From: Terriglobia bacterium
GTDB taxonomy: Bacteria > Acidobacteriota > Terriglobia > 20CM-2-55-15
Reading direction: 5' to 3'
Assembly (NCBI GenBank): GCA_965198225.1
Contig: CBDAOY010000005.1
Coordinates: 672,001-736,000, forward strand
Length of the DNA stretch: 64,000 nt
Each line of letters starts with the position of its first letter. The first letter of the stretch is position 1. This document shows, in pieces, positions 30,143-39,816 of the stretch. The notes beneath the pieces are model-generated. The model was not told the origin of the DNA. It searched no databases and saw only the letters and a program-made list of their open reading frames with translations. A program made the translations under genes and the position numbers.

Positions 30143-31900
30143 TCAGAGTTGCTGGTTCCCCAGCTCCGAGGCTTCTACAGATTCCTCGTCCGGAGTCCAG
30201 TTCTTCGGCTCCACGGTAATCGACTTGAACTCCCGAAGACGGACGAGACCGGGCTTCGCTTTTCGAGGCTTCGAAACGAAGCGGCGCCGTGTGTAATGCA
30301 CCTCGACCTTGCTCGAGTTCCGAGCCTGTGAATGGTAGGCGGCCAACTGGGCGGCCCGCAGGAGCACAGGTTTGTCCAACTCCCGGTCCTTGGCCGGATT
30401 CCTGACTATGACGTGAGAACCGCTGTAGCCGGCCACGTGGAGCCAGAAGTCATCTCCAGCCGCCACCTTGAATGTCAGTTCGTCATTCTCCTTACCGTTG
30501 CGGCCGAAGAGAACTTCCTTTCCGTCGATGCGGATCGCCCGTTTCGTGCGAGCTGTCTCGGAGGGGGCCTTGCTGTCTCCAGGATCGGTCCGTTCCTTGG
30601 CCGTTCCAGTCAGTGCAAACCAGGAATCCCAGTCCTTGATCGAGCGCACCTTTTCCTCTTCCTGCTCGAGGTTGCGGCTGAGGGTGCTCGTCTCTTTCAG
30701 CTGACGATTGACCAGCGACTTCCCTCGTCTGGCCTTCTGGTATTTCTTGAACATCCTGGACACGTTCTGGCGAAGCGTCACCGAGGGATCGACCTTGATC
30801 TCACGTTTGCGAGCTTCTTCGCCGAAGTAGTCGGTAACCTCCACAGAATCATGATGCTGGTCCATCGGGGCGCCGCTGGCGACCAGCATCTTCGCGGTAT
30901 CCTGAAGTTCGGCAGCTTGTTCGAATTGCTCCAACTGGTTCAGCAACCGGTTTCTCCGCGCTCGAAGCTTCCGAGCCCGATCTCTGAGTGCCCGTCGCTT
31001 CGGGGTCTTGGCGCGTTCGAGCAACGTTCTCGATTCCAACTCGTCGTACAGCAAGCGAGCGGCCTGAAGTATGCCGGTGTAGGTCGTGTGGCTGTGACTT
31101 TTGCCGAAGGATTCGAGCTCGATCGGGCTCAATCGCGCCCGACGCAGCAGGTTGAGGTCATTCTCTTCGAGCACGACGCGGAGCGGCCTGAATGTGTAAA
31201 GCCAGGCGGCCTCCGAGGGAGTCCGAAGCTGATCGACGAGACGTCGAACCTCGTCGGGTACGCTTCGGTCCTTACCGGCTCCGCGGTGAGCGACTTCAGC
31301 CGCGAACACAGGGCCGACTCCGGCAATACTCTCGACGAGCCAACCCTTGCCTTTCCTCGCGTACTCCTCCGTATCGAACCAGGAATCGCTTTCGCAGGCT
31401 TCCGCGAGATCCAGTTTGCCCGCGACTACGGGGTACCGGTACTCCTCATACTCTCCGATGCCGTGCTGCGGACTCAGAGGCGCGAACGAATCCAGCACCC
31501 GGCGTTCGGCGTCGAGGAGCACCATGTTCGGGGCATTCGGGAGTAGCTCTATCACGAGAACGAGGGTTTCGAGCTCCCTGGCCGGGAGTGTTGTCTGGAA
31601 CGTCATCTCGACGATTCTCTCCGACAACGGTTTCTCGACATGCTTCAGCCTGGCGTCGTTGAGATGCTTCCGGAGCACCATGGTGAAGTCTGTGGTCGGG
31701 TAGTTGACCGGAGGACGGGCATCGGAGATGTAGAGCGCCGGAGTGCGGGCGTCGAGCCATACCTTCAGCGCCGGGACCTTCGTACGGCGGGTCTGGAAGA
31801 TGAACCCGCTCTTATGGTGCTGGACCACACGACGCACGACCAGACCATCGGTCACGCGTTTGAGCTCCTCGACCAGGGAGATGAGAGCGAAATTCTCCAT
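30143..31900 (-). CDS. rqcH: NFACT/RqcH (FbpA) ribosome quality-control protein
   Basis: F.MVLRKHL, ERIV, GRNGKENDELT, WLHV..SGSHV, AAQLAAYHS. Confidence 0.85.
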   Translation of the reverse strand: MENFALISLVEELKRVTDGLVVRRVVQHHKSGFIFQTRRTKVPALKVWLDARTPALYISDARPPVNYPTTDFTMVLRKHLNDARLKHVEKPLSERIVEMTFQTTLPARELETLVLVIELLPNAPNMVLLDAERRVLDSFAPLSPQHGIGEYEEYRYPVVAGKLDLAEACESDSWFDTEEYARKGKGWLVESIAGVGPVFAAEVAHRGAGKDRSVPDEVRRLVDQLRTPSEAAWLYTFRPLRVVLEENDLNLLRRARLSPIELESFGKSHSHTTYTGILQAARLLYDELESRTLLERAKTPKRRALRDRARKLRARRNRLLNQLEQFEQAAELQDTAKMLVASGAPMDQHHDSVEVTDYFGEEARKREIKVDPSVTLRQNVSRMFKKYQKARRGKSLVNRQLKETSTLSRNLEQEEEKVRSIKDWDSWFALTGTAKERTDPGDSKAPSETARTKRAIRIDGKEVLFGRNGKENDELTFKVAAGDDFWLHVAGYSGSHVIVRNPAKDRELDKPVLLRAAQLAAYHSQARNSSKVEVHYTRRRFVSKPRKAKPGLVRLREFKSITVEPKNWTPDEESVEASELGNQQL

Positions 31901-31929
31901 TGCAGCAATTGTAACTGAAGGGTGCGGGC

Positions 31930-32134
31930 GTTGGGCCCGCAGTAGTGCGTAGGCCGTTATCCGTAGGCCGTTGTCCGTTGAGGAGTCGCTTACCGACAAT
32001 TCGAGGGTGGCTGGCGAGGCGTCTCAGATTCTTGCCGGGCCCTGGAGATGCGTCGCCAATTACCGGCCAATTCCCGCCAAGCAACACCTCAACGGCCTAC
32101 GGCCTACGGCTTACAGGCCGCGTAGCGGCCCAAC
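31930..32134. repeat. Family 2 palindromic element
   Basis: CGTAGGCCGTT..TTACCGACAA..CTGGCGAGG ... AACGGCCTACGGCCTACGG. Confidence 0.75.
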
Positions 32135-32148
32135 GACCCACCGGCCAA

Positions 32149-32664
32149 CTACTCAATTCGCTTTACGAACGTCCCGGAAACCTTGTCCGCCCATGTCAAA
32201 TGCTCCGGGTCCACGAACGCCCACAGGAAACCCAGCAGCAGCGGGATGATCGATATGAGGTAGCCGAAACTTCGCATGAAGGCCTCACGCGGCCGCAAGG
32301 GATCGCCGTGGCGGTTGACCGCCACCAACCCGTAGTACTGCATCCCGGTGGTCTGGCTCATGCTCAGCATGAACAGAAAAAAGTAGACGGCCAGGAACAG
32401 GAGATAGGCGGCTCCGTATATCCCAAGGATTGTCCGATCCAACGGGGTAGCGGCCGACATCTCTGAGACCGTGGCGACCACAAAGATCAGGTAGACGCCG
32501 GAAACGATCAGGATGTCGACGAGAAACGCGTAGGCGCGCACGATCAGCATGCCGCGCTGGTAGGACGGAAGCGTGAATTCGGCGGCATGGGCGGCCTCGT
32601 CGAAGTCCAGCGCAGGTTGGATCTTCGATAGATCGATGATCCGACGACGCCCCTTGCGTAGCAT
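32149..32664 (-). CDS. RDD family membrane protein
   Basis: RAYAFLVD, QTTGM, WADKVSGT. Confidence 0.85.
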   Translation of the reverse strand: MLRKGRRRIIDLSKIQPALDFDEAAHAAEFTLPSYQRGMLIVRAYAFLVDILIVSGVYLIFVVATVSEMSAATPLDRTILGIYGAAYLLFLAVYFFLFMLSMSQTTGMQYYGLVAVNRHGDPLRPREAFMRSFGYLISIIPLLLGFLWAFVDPEHLTWADKVSGTFVKRIE

Positions 32665-32778
32665 GCCGGCGGAATTCTATCACGGTTCTTGCGACCGACC
32701 TCTTTATGTGATTTATTCAACGGGAGCTGTGTTTCGCGCCATCCGGCGGGGAAAGGCGACTACTGCGGTTCCTTTGAT

Positions 32779-34857
32779 ATGCACGCACTACTACTGGCCC
32801 TCCTTCTGATCCCGCTCCAACAGGACGACATCACGGTTTCCGCCGAACTTCTCGAGCGCAGCGGCGATGTCATTACTTACACCGGCAACGTAGTCGTGAC
32901 ATACGGCGAGTTCGAGGTCCGAGCAGCTTCTATCACTGTCAACCGAGCCACGGAGGATCTGGAAGCGAACCAGGGAGTCACGTTCATCCATGGCGAAGAG
33001 CGGCTTTCGGGTAGTCGGCTCGAGATGAACCTGAACACTCTCGTGGGCGTTCTATTGGACGGGGAAGGTTCGCTCGGGCCGGGGTTCCTGGTCACTGCGT
33101 CCGAAATCCGTCGCGACGAGAACGGTCTCTACGAGCTGTTCGATGCCACGATCACGACCTGCGACGAAGCAGGTCACAAAGGCTGGGAGTTCTCCGCGGA
33201 ACGGGCACGCATCGATCCGTCCGCGCATGTCCGCGCCTCGAACTCACTATTCAGGATCAAGAGCGTTCCGATCTTCTACCTGCCCTACCTGAGCGCTCCA
33301 GTCGAGACCAGGCCCCGGTCGACGGGTTTCCTGCTGCCCCAGACTTCGACATCCACGACGAAGGGGCGCAGTTTGCGGGAGTCCTTTTACTACGTCATCA
33401 ACCGCAGCGCCGACGTCATGCTGACCGGCGAGTATTTCACAGAGCGAGGGATGGCGGGAGCGGTCGACTTCCGCGCGGTACCCAATACTCGCACCCGCGT
33501 CGAGGTGGACACCTTCTTTGCCGACGACCGGCAGGGTGAAGGTGGTTTGAGCGCGACGATCCTGGGAACTACGGAGCTGGGCGATGGATTCCGCGCCGTC
33601 GCGGACATGGATCTGGTCAGCTCGTTCGCCTTCCGGCAGGTGTTTGAGGAAGGCTTCGACCTGATCTCGTCCCCGACGGAAAACTCCCGCGCGTTCGCGA
33701 CTTACAAAACAGGTCCAGCGACGTACAACTTCCTCTACAGCCGCAGCGGCACGTTCTTCGTCAACCAACCCACGGCGATACTGCGCAAGTTTCCCTCGGC
33801 CGACGTGTCGTTCCATGCTCGGCAGATCGGAAATCTGCCTATCTACTTCAGCGTTGATGGGAGTTTCTCCGGAATGCATCGCCGGGACGGAGCACTGGAA
33901 ACCCCGGCTTTTGTCGAGCGGATCGACTTCCACCCCAGTATCGAGATTCCCGTCCTCCGTGGAGCCGGCTTCAGCTGGAGCCACCGTCTCGGTATCCGGG
34001 AAACCTTCTACTCGCACAGTCAGCGGCCCATCGTCGAGCGAGAGTCGTTGAGCCGTACGTCTTTCGACTACCAGTTCGAATTCTCGGGGCCTCAACTGGA
34101 ACGTGACTTCGGCAGGTGGAAGCACGTTATCGAACCGCATGTCGAGTACCGGTACGTGACCGGGGTCGATCGATTCCTCGACACCCTGCTGGTGGACGAG
34201 ACCGATCTCTATACCGACACCAACGAGGTCCGGTACGGAATAACAAATCGATTCTTCACCGACAGGGAGATCTTGAGCTGGACCGTGTCCCAGAAGTACT
34301 TCAGCGATCCTACTTTTGGTGGTGCCTTAGTTCCGGGACGAAAGAACCTTCTGAGCCCCCTGATGGACCTGACCGGCTTCGGTTTTGCCGACGAGGAACG
34401 CCGGTTTTCTCCTCTCGTTTCGATTCTCCGCTTCTCTCCCCGGAGCGGCCGCACGACCGATCTGCAGATCGACTACGATACGGTCCGAAACCACTTCAGG
34501 AGTGCCGGGGTCATCGGCGGTTACCAGGAAGGTCCGAGCTTCTTCAACGTCGCGTACTTCTTCACCCGGAGGAGTCCAATCCAGTTGCCGAGCAACCAGA
34601 TTCGCGCCACAGTGGGGTACGGGGATTCATCCAGGCGCGGGCTGAACGGTGCGTTCAGCTTCGCCTACAACATCGATCAGGCGTTTTTCCAGGCTACGAC
34701 CGCACAGGTTAGCTATAATACCGACTGTTACGGACTGCATATTGAGTTCAATCAGTTCGATCTGGGCCCCCGCCGGGAAAGTCGTATTCGGTTTTCCTTT
34801 TCACTGACAAATCTCGGATCAATCGGCACCCTGCGAAGCCAGGACCGGCTGTTTTGA
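32779..34857 (+). CDS. lptD: LPS assembly protein LptD
   Basis: N-terminal OstA-like jellyroll, TTC, VPIFYLPY, RSTGFLLP, C-terminal beta-barrel with late Cys. Confidence 0.85.
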   Translation: MHALLLALLLIPLQQDDITVSAELLERSGDVITYTGNVVVTYGEFEVRAASITVNRATEDLEANQGVTFIHGEERLSGSRLEMNLNTLVGVLLDGEGSLGPGFLVTASEIRRDENGLYELFDATITTCDEAGHKGWEFSAERARIDPSAHVRASNSLFRIKSVPIFYLPYLSAPVETRPRSTGFLLPQTSTSTTKGRSLRESFYYVINRSADVMLTGEYFTERGMAGAVDFRAVPNTRTRVEVDTFFADDRQGEGGLSATILGTTELGDGFRAVADMDLVSSFAFRQVFEEGFDLISSPTENSRAFATYKTGPATYNFLYSRSGTFFVNQPTAILRKFPSADVSFHARQIGNLPIYFSVDGSFSGMHRRDGALETPAFVERIDFHPSIEIPVLRGAGFSWSHRLGIRETFYSHSQRPIVERESLSRTSFDYQFEFSGPQLERDFGRWKHVIEPHVEYRYVTGVDRFLDTLLVDETDLYTDTNEVRYGITNRFFTDREILSWTVSQKYFSDPTFGGALVPGRKNLLSPLMDLTGFGFADEERRFSPLVSILRFSPRSGRTTDLQIDYDTVRNHFRSAGVIGGYQEGPSFFNVAYFFTRRSPIQLPSNQIRATVGYGDSSRRGLNGAFSFAYNIDQAFFQATTAQVSYNTDCYGLHIEFNQFDLGPRRESRIRFSFSLTNLGSIGTLRSQDRLF

Positions 34858-34895
34858 GTGGAGGCCGCGTCCGAACTGGTCTCCTGGTTTAGAAG

Positions 34896-35870
34896 ATGCC
34901 TTTTCCCCTCCATCGCATGCGCCGGCTCAGACGCAACGAACGATTTCGCGCTCTGGTCCGCGAAACCCAGCTTACTCCGGAGAGCTTCATCTTTCCAATC
35001 TTCGTCTGCCCTGGCGAGAGCGTTCGAACCGATATTCCGTCGATGCCGGGACAGTACAATTTTTCCGTCGACAACGCGGTTTCGATGGCACAGCTCGTCG
35101 CGAAGGTCGGCGTCGGCGGGGTGATGCTTTTCGGCATACCTGAAAGTAAAGATGATGTCGGTTCCGGCGCTTATGCCGAAGACGGAATAGTCCAGACGGC
35201 TCTCCGGGCGATCCGCCAGAACGTGCCCGACCTGATCCTGGTCGGCGATGTGTGTCTGTGTGAGTACACTTCCCACGGTCATTGCGGTGTGGTCAAGGAT
35301 GGGGACGTTGAGAATGATCCCACGCTGGAGCTTCTCAGACGAACAGCAGTAAGCCAGGTCGAGGCGGGAGCCGACATGGTTGCTCCGTCCGACATGATGG
35401 ACGGGCGTGTCGGAGCGATACGGCTCGGGCTGGACGAGGCGGGGTTCGACGACATCCCGATCATGTCCTACGCCGCAAAGTACGCTTCGGCCTTCTACGG
35501 CCCGTTTCGCGAGGCGGCTGGATCGACTCCGCAGTTCGGCGACCGACGAAGCTACCAGATGGATCCTCCAAACGCCCGCGAGGCTTTGCGGGAGATCGAG
35601 CTCGATATCGAGGAAGGCGCCGATATCGTCATGGTCAAACCCGCGATGCCCTACCTCGACATCATCAGCAGAGCGCATGACGCGTTCGAAGTGCCCCTGG
35701 CGGCCTACCAGGTCAGCGGCGAATACGCCATGATCGAAGCTGCTACAGCGAATGGTTGGCTGGATCGAGACCGCACAATCCTGGAAGCCGCAACTGCAAT
35801 CAAGCGCGCGGGTGCCGACGTCCTTATTACGTATTACGCCCTGGAACTAGCCCGAATACTGAACAAGTGA
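34896..35870 (+). CDS. hemB: Porphobilinogen synthase
   Basis: [33 protein letters not shown]. Confidence 0.98.
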   Translation: MPFPLHRMRRLRRNERFRALVRETQLTPESFIFPIFVCPGESVRTDIPSMPGQYNFSVDNAVSMAQLVAKVGVGGVMLFGIPESKDDVGSGAYAEDGIVQTALRAIRQNVPDLILVGDVCLCEYTSHGHCGVVKDGDVENDPTLELLRRTAVSQVEAGADMVAPSDMMDGRVGAIRLGLDEAGFDDIPIMSYAAKYASAFYGPFREAAGSTPQFGDRRSYQMDPPNAREALREIELDIEEGADIVMVKPAMPYLDIISRAHDAFEVPLAAYQVSGEYAMIEAATANGWLDRDRTILEAATAIKRAGADVLITYYALELARILNK

Positions 35871-35872
35871 TT

Positions 35873-35947
35873 GTAGGTGCGCTCTATGAGCGCACAACCC
35901 ACAAGTTGGAACAATGTGCGGTCATAGACGTCATAGACCGCCCCTAC
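35873..35947. repeat. GTAG REP doublet between hemB and hemL, with a 9-bp tandem duplication
   Basis: A arm intact; B arm reads GTCATAGAC GTCATAGAC CG. Confidence 0.8.
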
Positions 35948-35955
35948 ACTGACCC

Positions 35956-37227
35956 ATGAGCAAATCTGAAGACCTGTTCCAACGAGCGGAACGAGTAATG
36001 CCCGGCGGCGTCAATTCGCCTGTTCGCGCCTTCCGGGCTGTCGGCGGTAAGCCCGTCTTCATCGAGAGCGGGGAGGGACCGCGACTCCGGGATGTCGACG
36101 GAAACACTTACATCGACTACATCGGATCGTGGGGACCCTTGATTGCCGGGCATCGTCCACCCGCGGTGACGAAAGCCCTGGCGAGAATCCTGGACGAAGT
36201 CGGGACGTCTTTCGGCGCTCCCACTGCACCCGAGATCGAGCTGGCGGAACTGATCTGTGAGCTGCTGCCGTCCGTCCACAAGTTACGGCTCGTCAATTCC
36301 GGCACCGAGGCGACGATGAGCGCGATCCGTCTTGCCAGGGGTTTCACCGGACGGGACAAGATCGTCAAGTTCGATGGCTGCTACCACGGTCACGGCGACA
36401 GTCTCCTGGTTCGAGCCGGTTCCGGAGTCGCGACGTTGGGTCTGCCCGACAGTCCCGGTGTTCCACCCGGGCTGGCCGAACTGACACTGGTCATGCCATT
36501 CAACGATTCCGCCGCACTCGAGGGTTTGTTCCACCGAACGGGAGGCGAGATCGCCTGTGTCATCATCGAGCCGGTCGCGGGAAATATGGGCTGCGTCCCG
36601 CCGGAACCGGGCTATCTGGAACTCCTCCGAGAGCTGACCTTTCGGTCGGGAACGGTGTTGATCTTCGACGAAGTCATGACCGGATTCCGCGTGTCTCTCG
36701 GCGGTGCACAGAAGTTGTTCGGGATTCGGCCGGATCTTACCACCATGGGCAAGATCATCGGCGGCGGCCTGCCTGTGGGAGCCTACGGCGGTCGGGCCGA
36801 CATCATGGATCGAGTTGCGCCCGTCGGGCCGGTGTACCAGGCGGGGACTCTGTCAGGCAACCCCCTGGCGGTCGCGGCCGGGCTGGCCGCACTCGAAACG
36901 CTCAGATCGGAGAATCCCTACGATCGGCTCGAAGAGTTGAGTGCGCGCCTGGAGCGCGGGATCAATGAGACGGCAGTGGAGAAAGGAGCCCGAGTTGTCG
37001 TCAATCGAGTCGGTTCAATGCTGACCCTGTTCTTCAACGAGCAACCCGTCACGGACTTTGCGACCGCGAAGACCTCGGACACCGACCGCTTCTCGGAATT
37101 CCACCAGGCGATGCTCCGACACGGTGTGTACTGGCCCCCCTCTCAGTTTGAGGCGGCATTCGTGTCCGCAGCCCACACCGAAGCGGATATCGATGAGACG
37201 GTCGAAGCGATCAGAGAATCCATGTAG
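35956..37227 (+). CDS. hemL: Glutamate-1-semialdehyde 2,1-aminomutase
   Basis: [45 protein letters not shown]. Confidence 0.98.
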   Translation: MSKSEDLFQRAERVMPGGVNSPVRAFRAVGGKPVFIESGEGPRLRDVDGNTYIDYIGSWGPLIAGHRPPAVTKALARILDEVGTSFGAPTAPEIELAELICELLPSVHKLRLVNSGTEATMSAIRLARGFTGRDKIVKFDGCYHGHGDSLLVRAGSGVATLGLPDSPGVPPGLAELTLVMPFNDSAALEGLFHRTGGEIACVIIEPVAGNMGCVPPEPGYLELLRELTFRSGTVLIFDEVMTGFRVSLGGAQKLFGIRPDLTTMGKIIGGGLPVGAYGGRADIMDRVAPVGPVYQAGTLSGNPLAVAAGLAALETLRSENPYDRLEELSARLERGINETAVEKGARVVVNRVGSMLTLFFNEQPVTDFATAKTSDTDRFSEFHQAMLRHGVYWPPSQFEAAFVSAAHTEADIDETVEAIRESM

Positions 37228-37235
37228 GTGCGGAG

Positions 37236-37434
37236 TAGTCAGTAGTCCGTAGGCCGTTATGGTGTCGCTTACCGACAATTTTGAGGGTGACTGGCGAGGA
37301 ATTGCCGCCCTTCATGTATGCCGTTGCGGTCAGATTCCTGTCAGGCACTGGAGATGCGTCGCCGGTTACCGACGAATCCCCTCCAGGCGAAACCACAACG
37401 GGTAACGGCCTACGGTCTACGGACTACGGACAAC
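37236..37434. repeat. Family 2 palindromic element between convergent genes
   Basis: TCCGTAGGCCGTT..GTGACTGGCGAGG ... AACGGCCTACGGTCTACGGACTACGG. Confidence 0.75.
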
Positions 37435-38319
37435 GTCCTCCGCACAGCGGAAGCCGACTGTCGTCGACCGGACTTCAGGGTCCGCGTAGCTGCGGAAGTG
37501 ATTCATGAGGTTGCGATCGTCGCTGTCGGACCAGCCGCCGCCTCGAATGATCTTGTACTTCCCGTCGGGCCCCTGAGGATTCTCGAGCGGGCTGACGCTG
37601 TAATAGTTGCGGTAGTACCAATCGTTGACCCACTCCCAGACGTTGCCCGACATGTCGTTGACACCGTACCCATTCGACGGGTATGAACCGACCGGGGCCG
37701 GACCGAAGGGATAGTTCGTGTGGGCCCGGTTTCCTGTCTTCGCGGCGATGCTGTCGTCGTTGACTTCGTATCCTTCCAGACCGAGCCCTTCGTCACCCCA
37801 CGGGAACTTCTTCCGGTCCAGACCACCCCGGGCCGCTTTCTCCCATTCGGCTTCCGTGGGTAACCGCTTACCCGCCGACGCGCAGTACGAGTCGGCTTCT
37901 TCCCAGCTGACGTTGTAGACCGGAAGGCGCTCGTCTCCGGGGGCGATCGCTCCCTTCGGCCATTGCCAGGGCTTCAACGAGCCGGTTGCATCGACGAACT
38001 TCGAGTACTCTGCGTTGGTGACTTCGTTCTGATCGATGAAAAACCCGTCCAGGTACACTCGATGGGCCGGCGTGTTGTCCTGCCGGTCCCGTTCGAACCA
38101 CCCGATCGCGTCGACCAGGAAGAAGTGCACCCTGCCCATCCAGAATTCCCCGGCAGGTACAAACTCCATCCCGTCCGGCGGGGTCGGAGGAGTTTGGGGT
38201 TCGCGTTCCGCGGGCTCGACCTCGGCAGGTTCAGCCGGCGGTGTCTGGGGTTCGGGGGTCTGTGGATACGCCGCGGAAGCGAACGTCAAGATCAGGAGAA
38301 CCGCAGGGAGTTGTCGCAT
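37417..38319 (-). CDS. Secreted FGE-sulfatase (SUMF1/EgtB/PvdO) domain protein
   Basis: Signal peptide; EVTNAEY, RLPTEAEWEKAARG, DMSGNVWEW, RGGGW, GFRC. Confidence 0.9.
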   Translation of the reverse strand: MRQLPAVLLILTFASAAYPQTPEPQTPPAEPAEVEPAEREPQTPPTPPDGMEFVPAGEFWMGRVHFFLVDAIGWFERDRQDNTPAHRVYLDGFFIDQNEVTNAEYSKFVDATGSLKPWQWPKGAIAPGDERLPVYNVSWEEADSYCASAGKRLPTEAEWEKAARGGLDRKKFPWGDEGLGLEGYEVNDDSIAAKTGNRAHTNYPFGPAPVGSYPSNGYGVNDMSGNVWEWVNDWYYRNYYSVSPLENPQGPDGKYKIIRGGGWSDSDDRNLMNHFRSYADPEVRSTTVGFRCAEDVVRSP

Positions 38320-38381
38320 AGTTATGGGGCTATCAGCGCTCAGGCTTCAGGCAGGATAGCTGAACGCTGATAGGTTACAGA

Positions 38382-39782
38382 TCATCCAAATATTTCGTCG
38401 ATCGAGTCGCCGCTGATGAATTCCCCGCCGCCGATCGGAGCGGTCTGCACGTAGTCGTAAGCGCGGCCCGACGGCGTATTCTCGTAGCGCTTCGTCCAGT
38501 CTATTCCGAGAGCGGAATAGACGGTCCCGATGATGTTGTCCATCGCCGGCTGCTCCGGGTGCTTCCAACCGGGGTCGATGCACTTGGAGCAATCCTCGTT
38601 CGTGGCGCCGATGATCTGGGTCTCTTTCTTCACGCCGCCACCGAGGAACAGACACGTAAAGGTTTCGCCGTAATGGTCGCGACCCTCCACGTTGTTCATG
38701 TACGGCATCCGACCGAATTCGCTCGCGGCCACGACAAGGGTTTCGTCCAGCAGCGATTTGCCCGGTTCATGGCCCGGCATCGAGTCCAGGTCCTTGATGA
38801 GGTTGCTGAACGCGTTGTCCCACGCCAGGCACGTCACGTAATGATTCGACCTCTTCGTGCGATCGAAGATGAAGCTGTGGTGGTCCCAGGGTTGGCGGCC
38901 GTCGATGACATAGGCAAGGCGGGTACCTGCATCGGCGGCGATGAGATTCTTGGCGATGATGCAGCCCATGCCGAACCCGTTCGCGTACCGTTCCTTCTCT
39001 TCCTCGCTGACTTCGAAGACTTTTTTCCAGCGCGGGTCGTCGAGGGTGAGGTAGGCGTTCTGGTAGAAGGCCTTGTAATCCGACGCCTTTTTCCCCAGCG
39101 ACGCTCTCACTGCGGGAGAAACTTCCGAGAGTTTCAACAACGCGTCGTAGCGCTCTATCAGCGCCGTATCGGCCGCTTCGCCGGGTTTGCCGGCGAAGCT
39201 GTCGAAAGCGGATGCGGGATCGAGATCGATACCCGTGAATTGAGGCGGGAAAAACCCCGATCCGATGGCGCCCACGCGCGCCCTTCCCAGACCCATACTC
39301 ATGTAGGTCGGGAAAGTGTCTGAATCTCGGCGCTCATCATCCAACTCCGCGGAAACCACACTTCCGAAGGCGGGGATTTCCTTGGCCACTGCCTGGTTCA
39401 GGGATCGGCCCGTCTGTGTGTGGTATTGACCGGTAAAATGCGCCAGTTCAGGCGCGCGCATCGACCGCACAAAACTGGTACGGGGAGCCCAGTCCATATA
39501 ATTCGGGAAGAGCATCTTCGACATGTACAGGTCGCCGACAACATGCTGTATGTCGAGATCCTTCGGTGTCTGTCGCGTCTCCTTGAGGTCCCAACACTCC
39601 ATCGGACTGATCGCGCCCGGCAGTTCAATGAAGATGCAGTTGCGCGCCGTACCGCGCGGCGAGGCCTGGGGTGATGCGCTTACGAGTTTGGGCCAGCCGA
39701 TCTGGTCGGCCGCGGTTGCGGCCAGCGCGATTCCCCCGAACTTCAAAATGTCGCGGCGGGTTGGTTGATATCGCCTTCGCAT
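38382..39782 (-). CDS. DUF1501 family protein, Tat-exported
   Basis: TRRDILK Tat motif, WDHH, SEFGRMP, GRDH, GGGVK. Confidence 0.85.
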   Translation of the reverse strand: MRRRYQPTRRDILKFGGIALAATAADQIGWPKLVSASPQASPRGTARNCIFIELPGAISPMECWDLKETRQTPKDLDIQHVVGDLYMSKMLFPNYMDWAPRTSFVRSMRAPELAHFTGQYHTQTGRSLNQAVAKEIPAFGSVVSAELDDERRDSDTFPTYMSMGLGRARVGAIGSGFFPPQFTGIDLDPASAFDSFAGKPGEAADTALIERYDALLKLSEVSPAVRASLGKKASDYKAFYQNAYLTLDDPRWKKVFEVSEEEKERYANGFGMGCIIAKNLIAADAGTRLAYVIDGRQPWDHHSFIFDRTKRSNHYVTCLAWDNAFSNLIKDLDSMPGHEPGKSLLDETLVVAASEFGRMPYMNNVEGRDHYGETFTCLFLGGGVKKETQIIGATNEDCSKCIDPGWKHPEQPAMDNIIGTVYSALGIDWTKRYENTPSGRAYDYVQTAPIGGGEFISGDSIDEIFG

Positions 39783-39816
39783 TTGTACTCTCCCGAAATA
39801 ATCTCTTCTGATGCTC

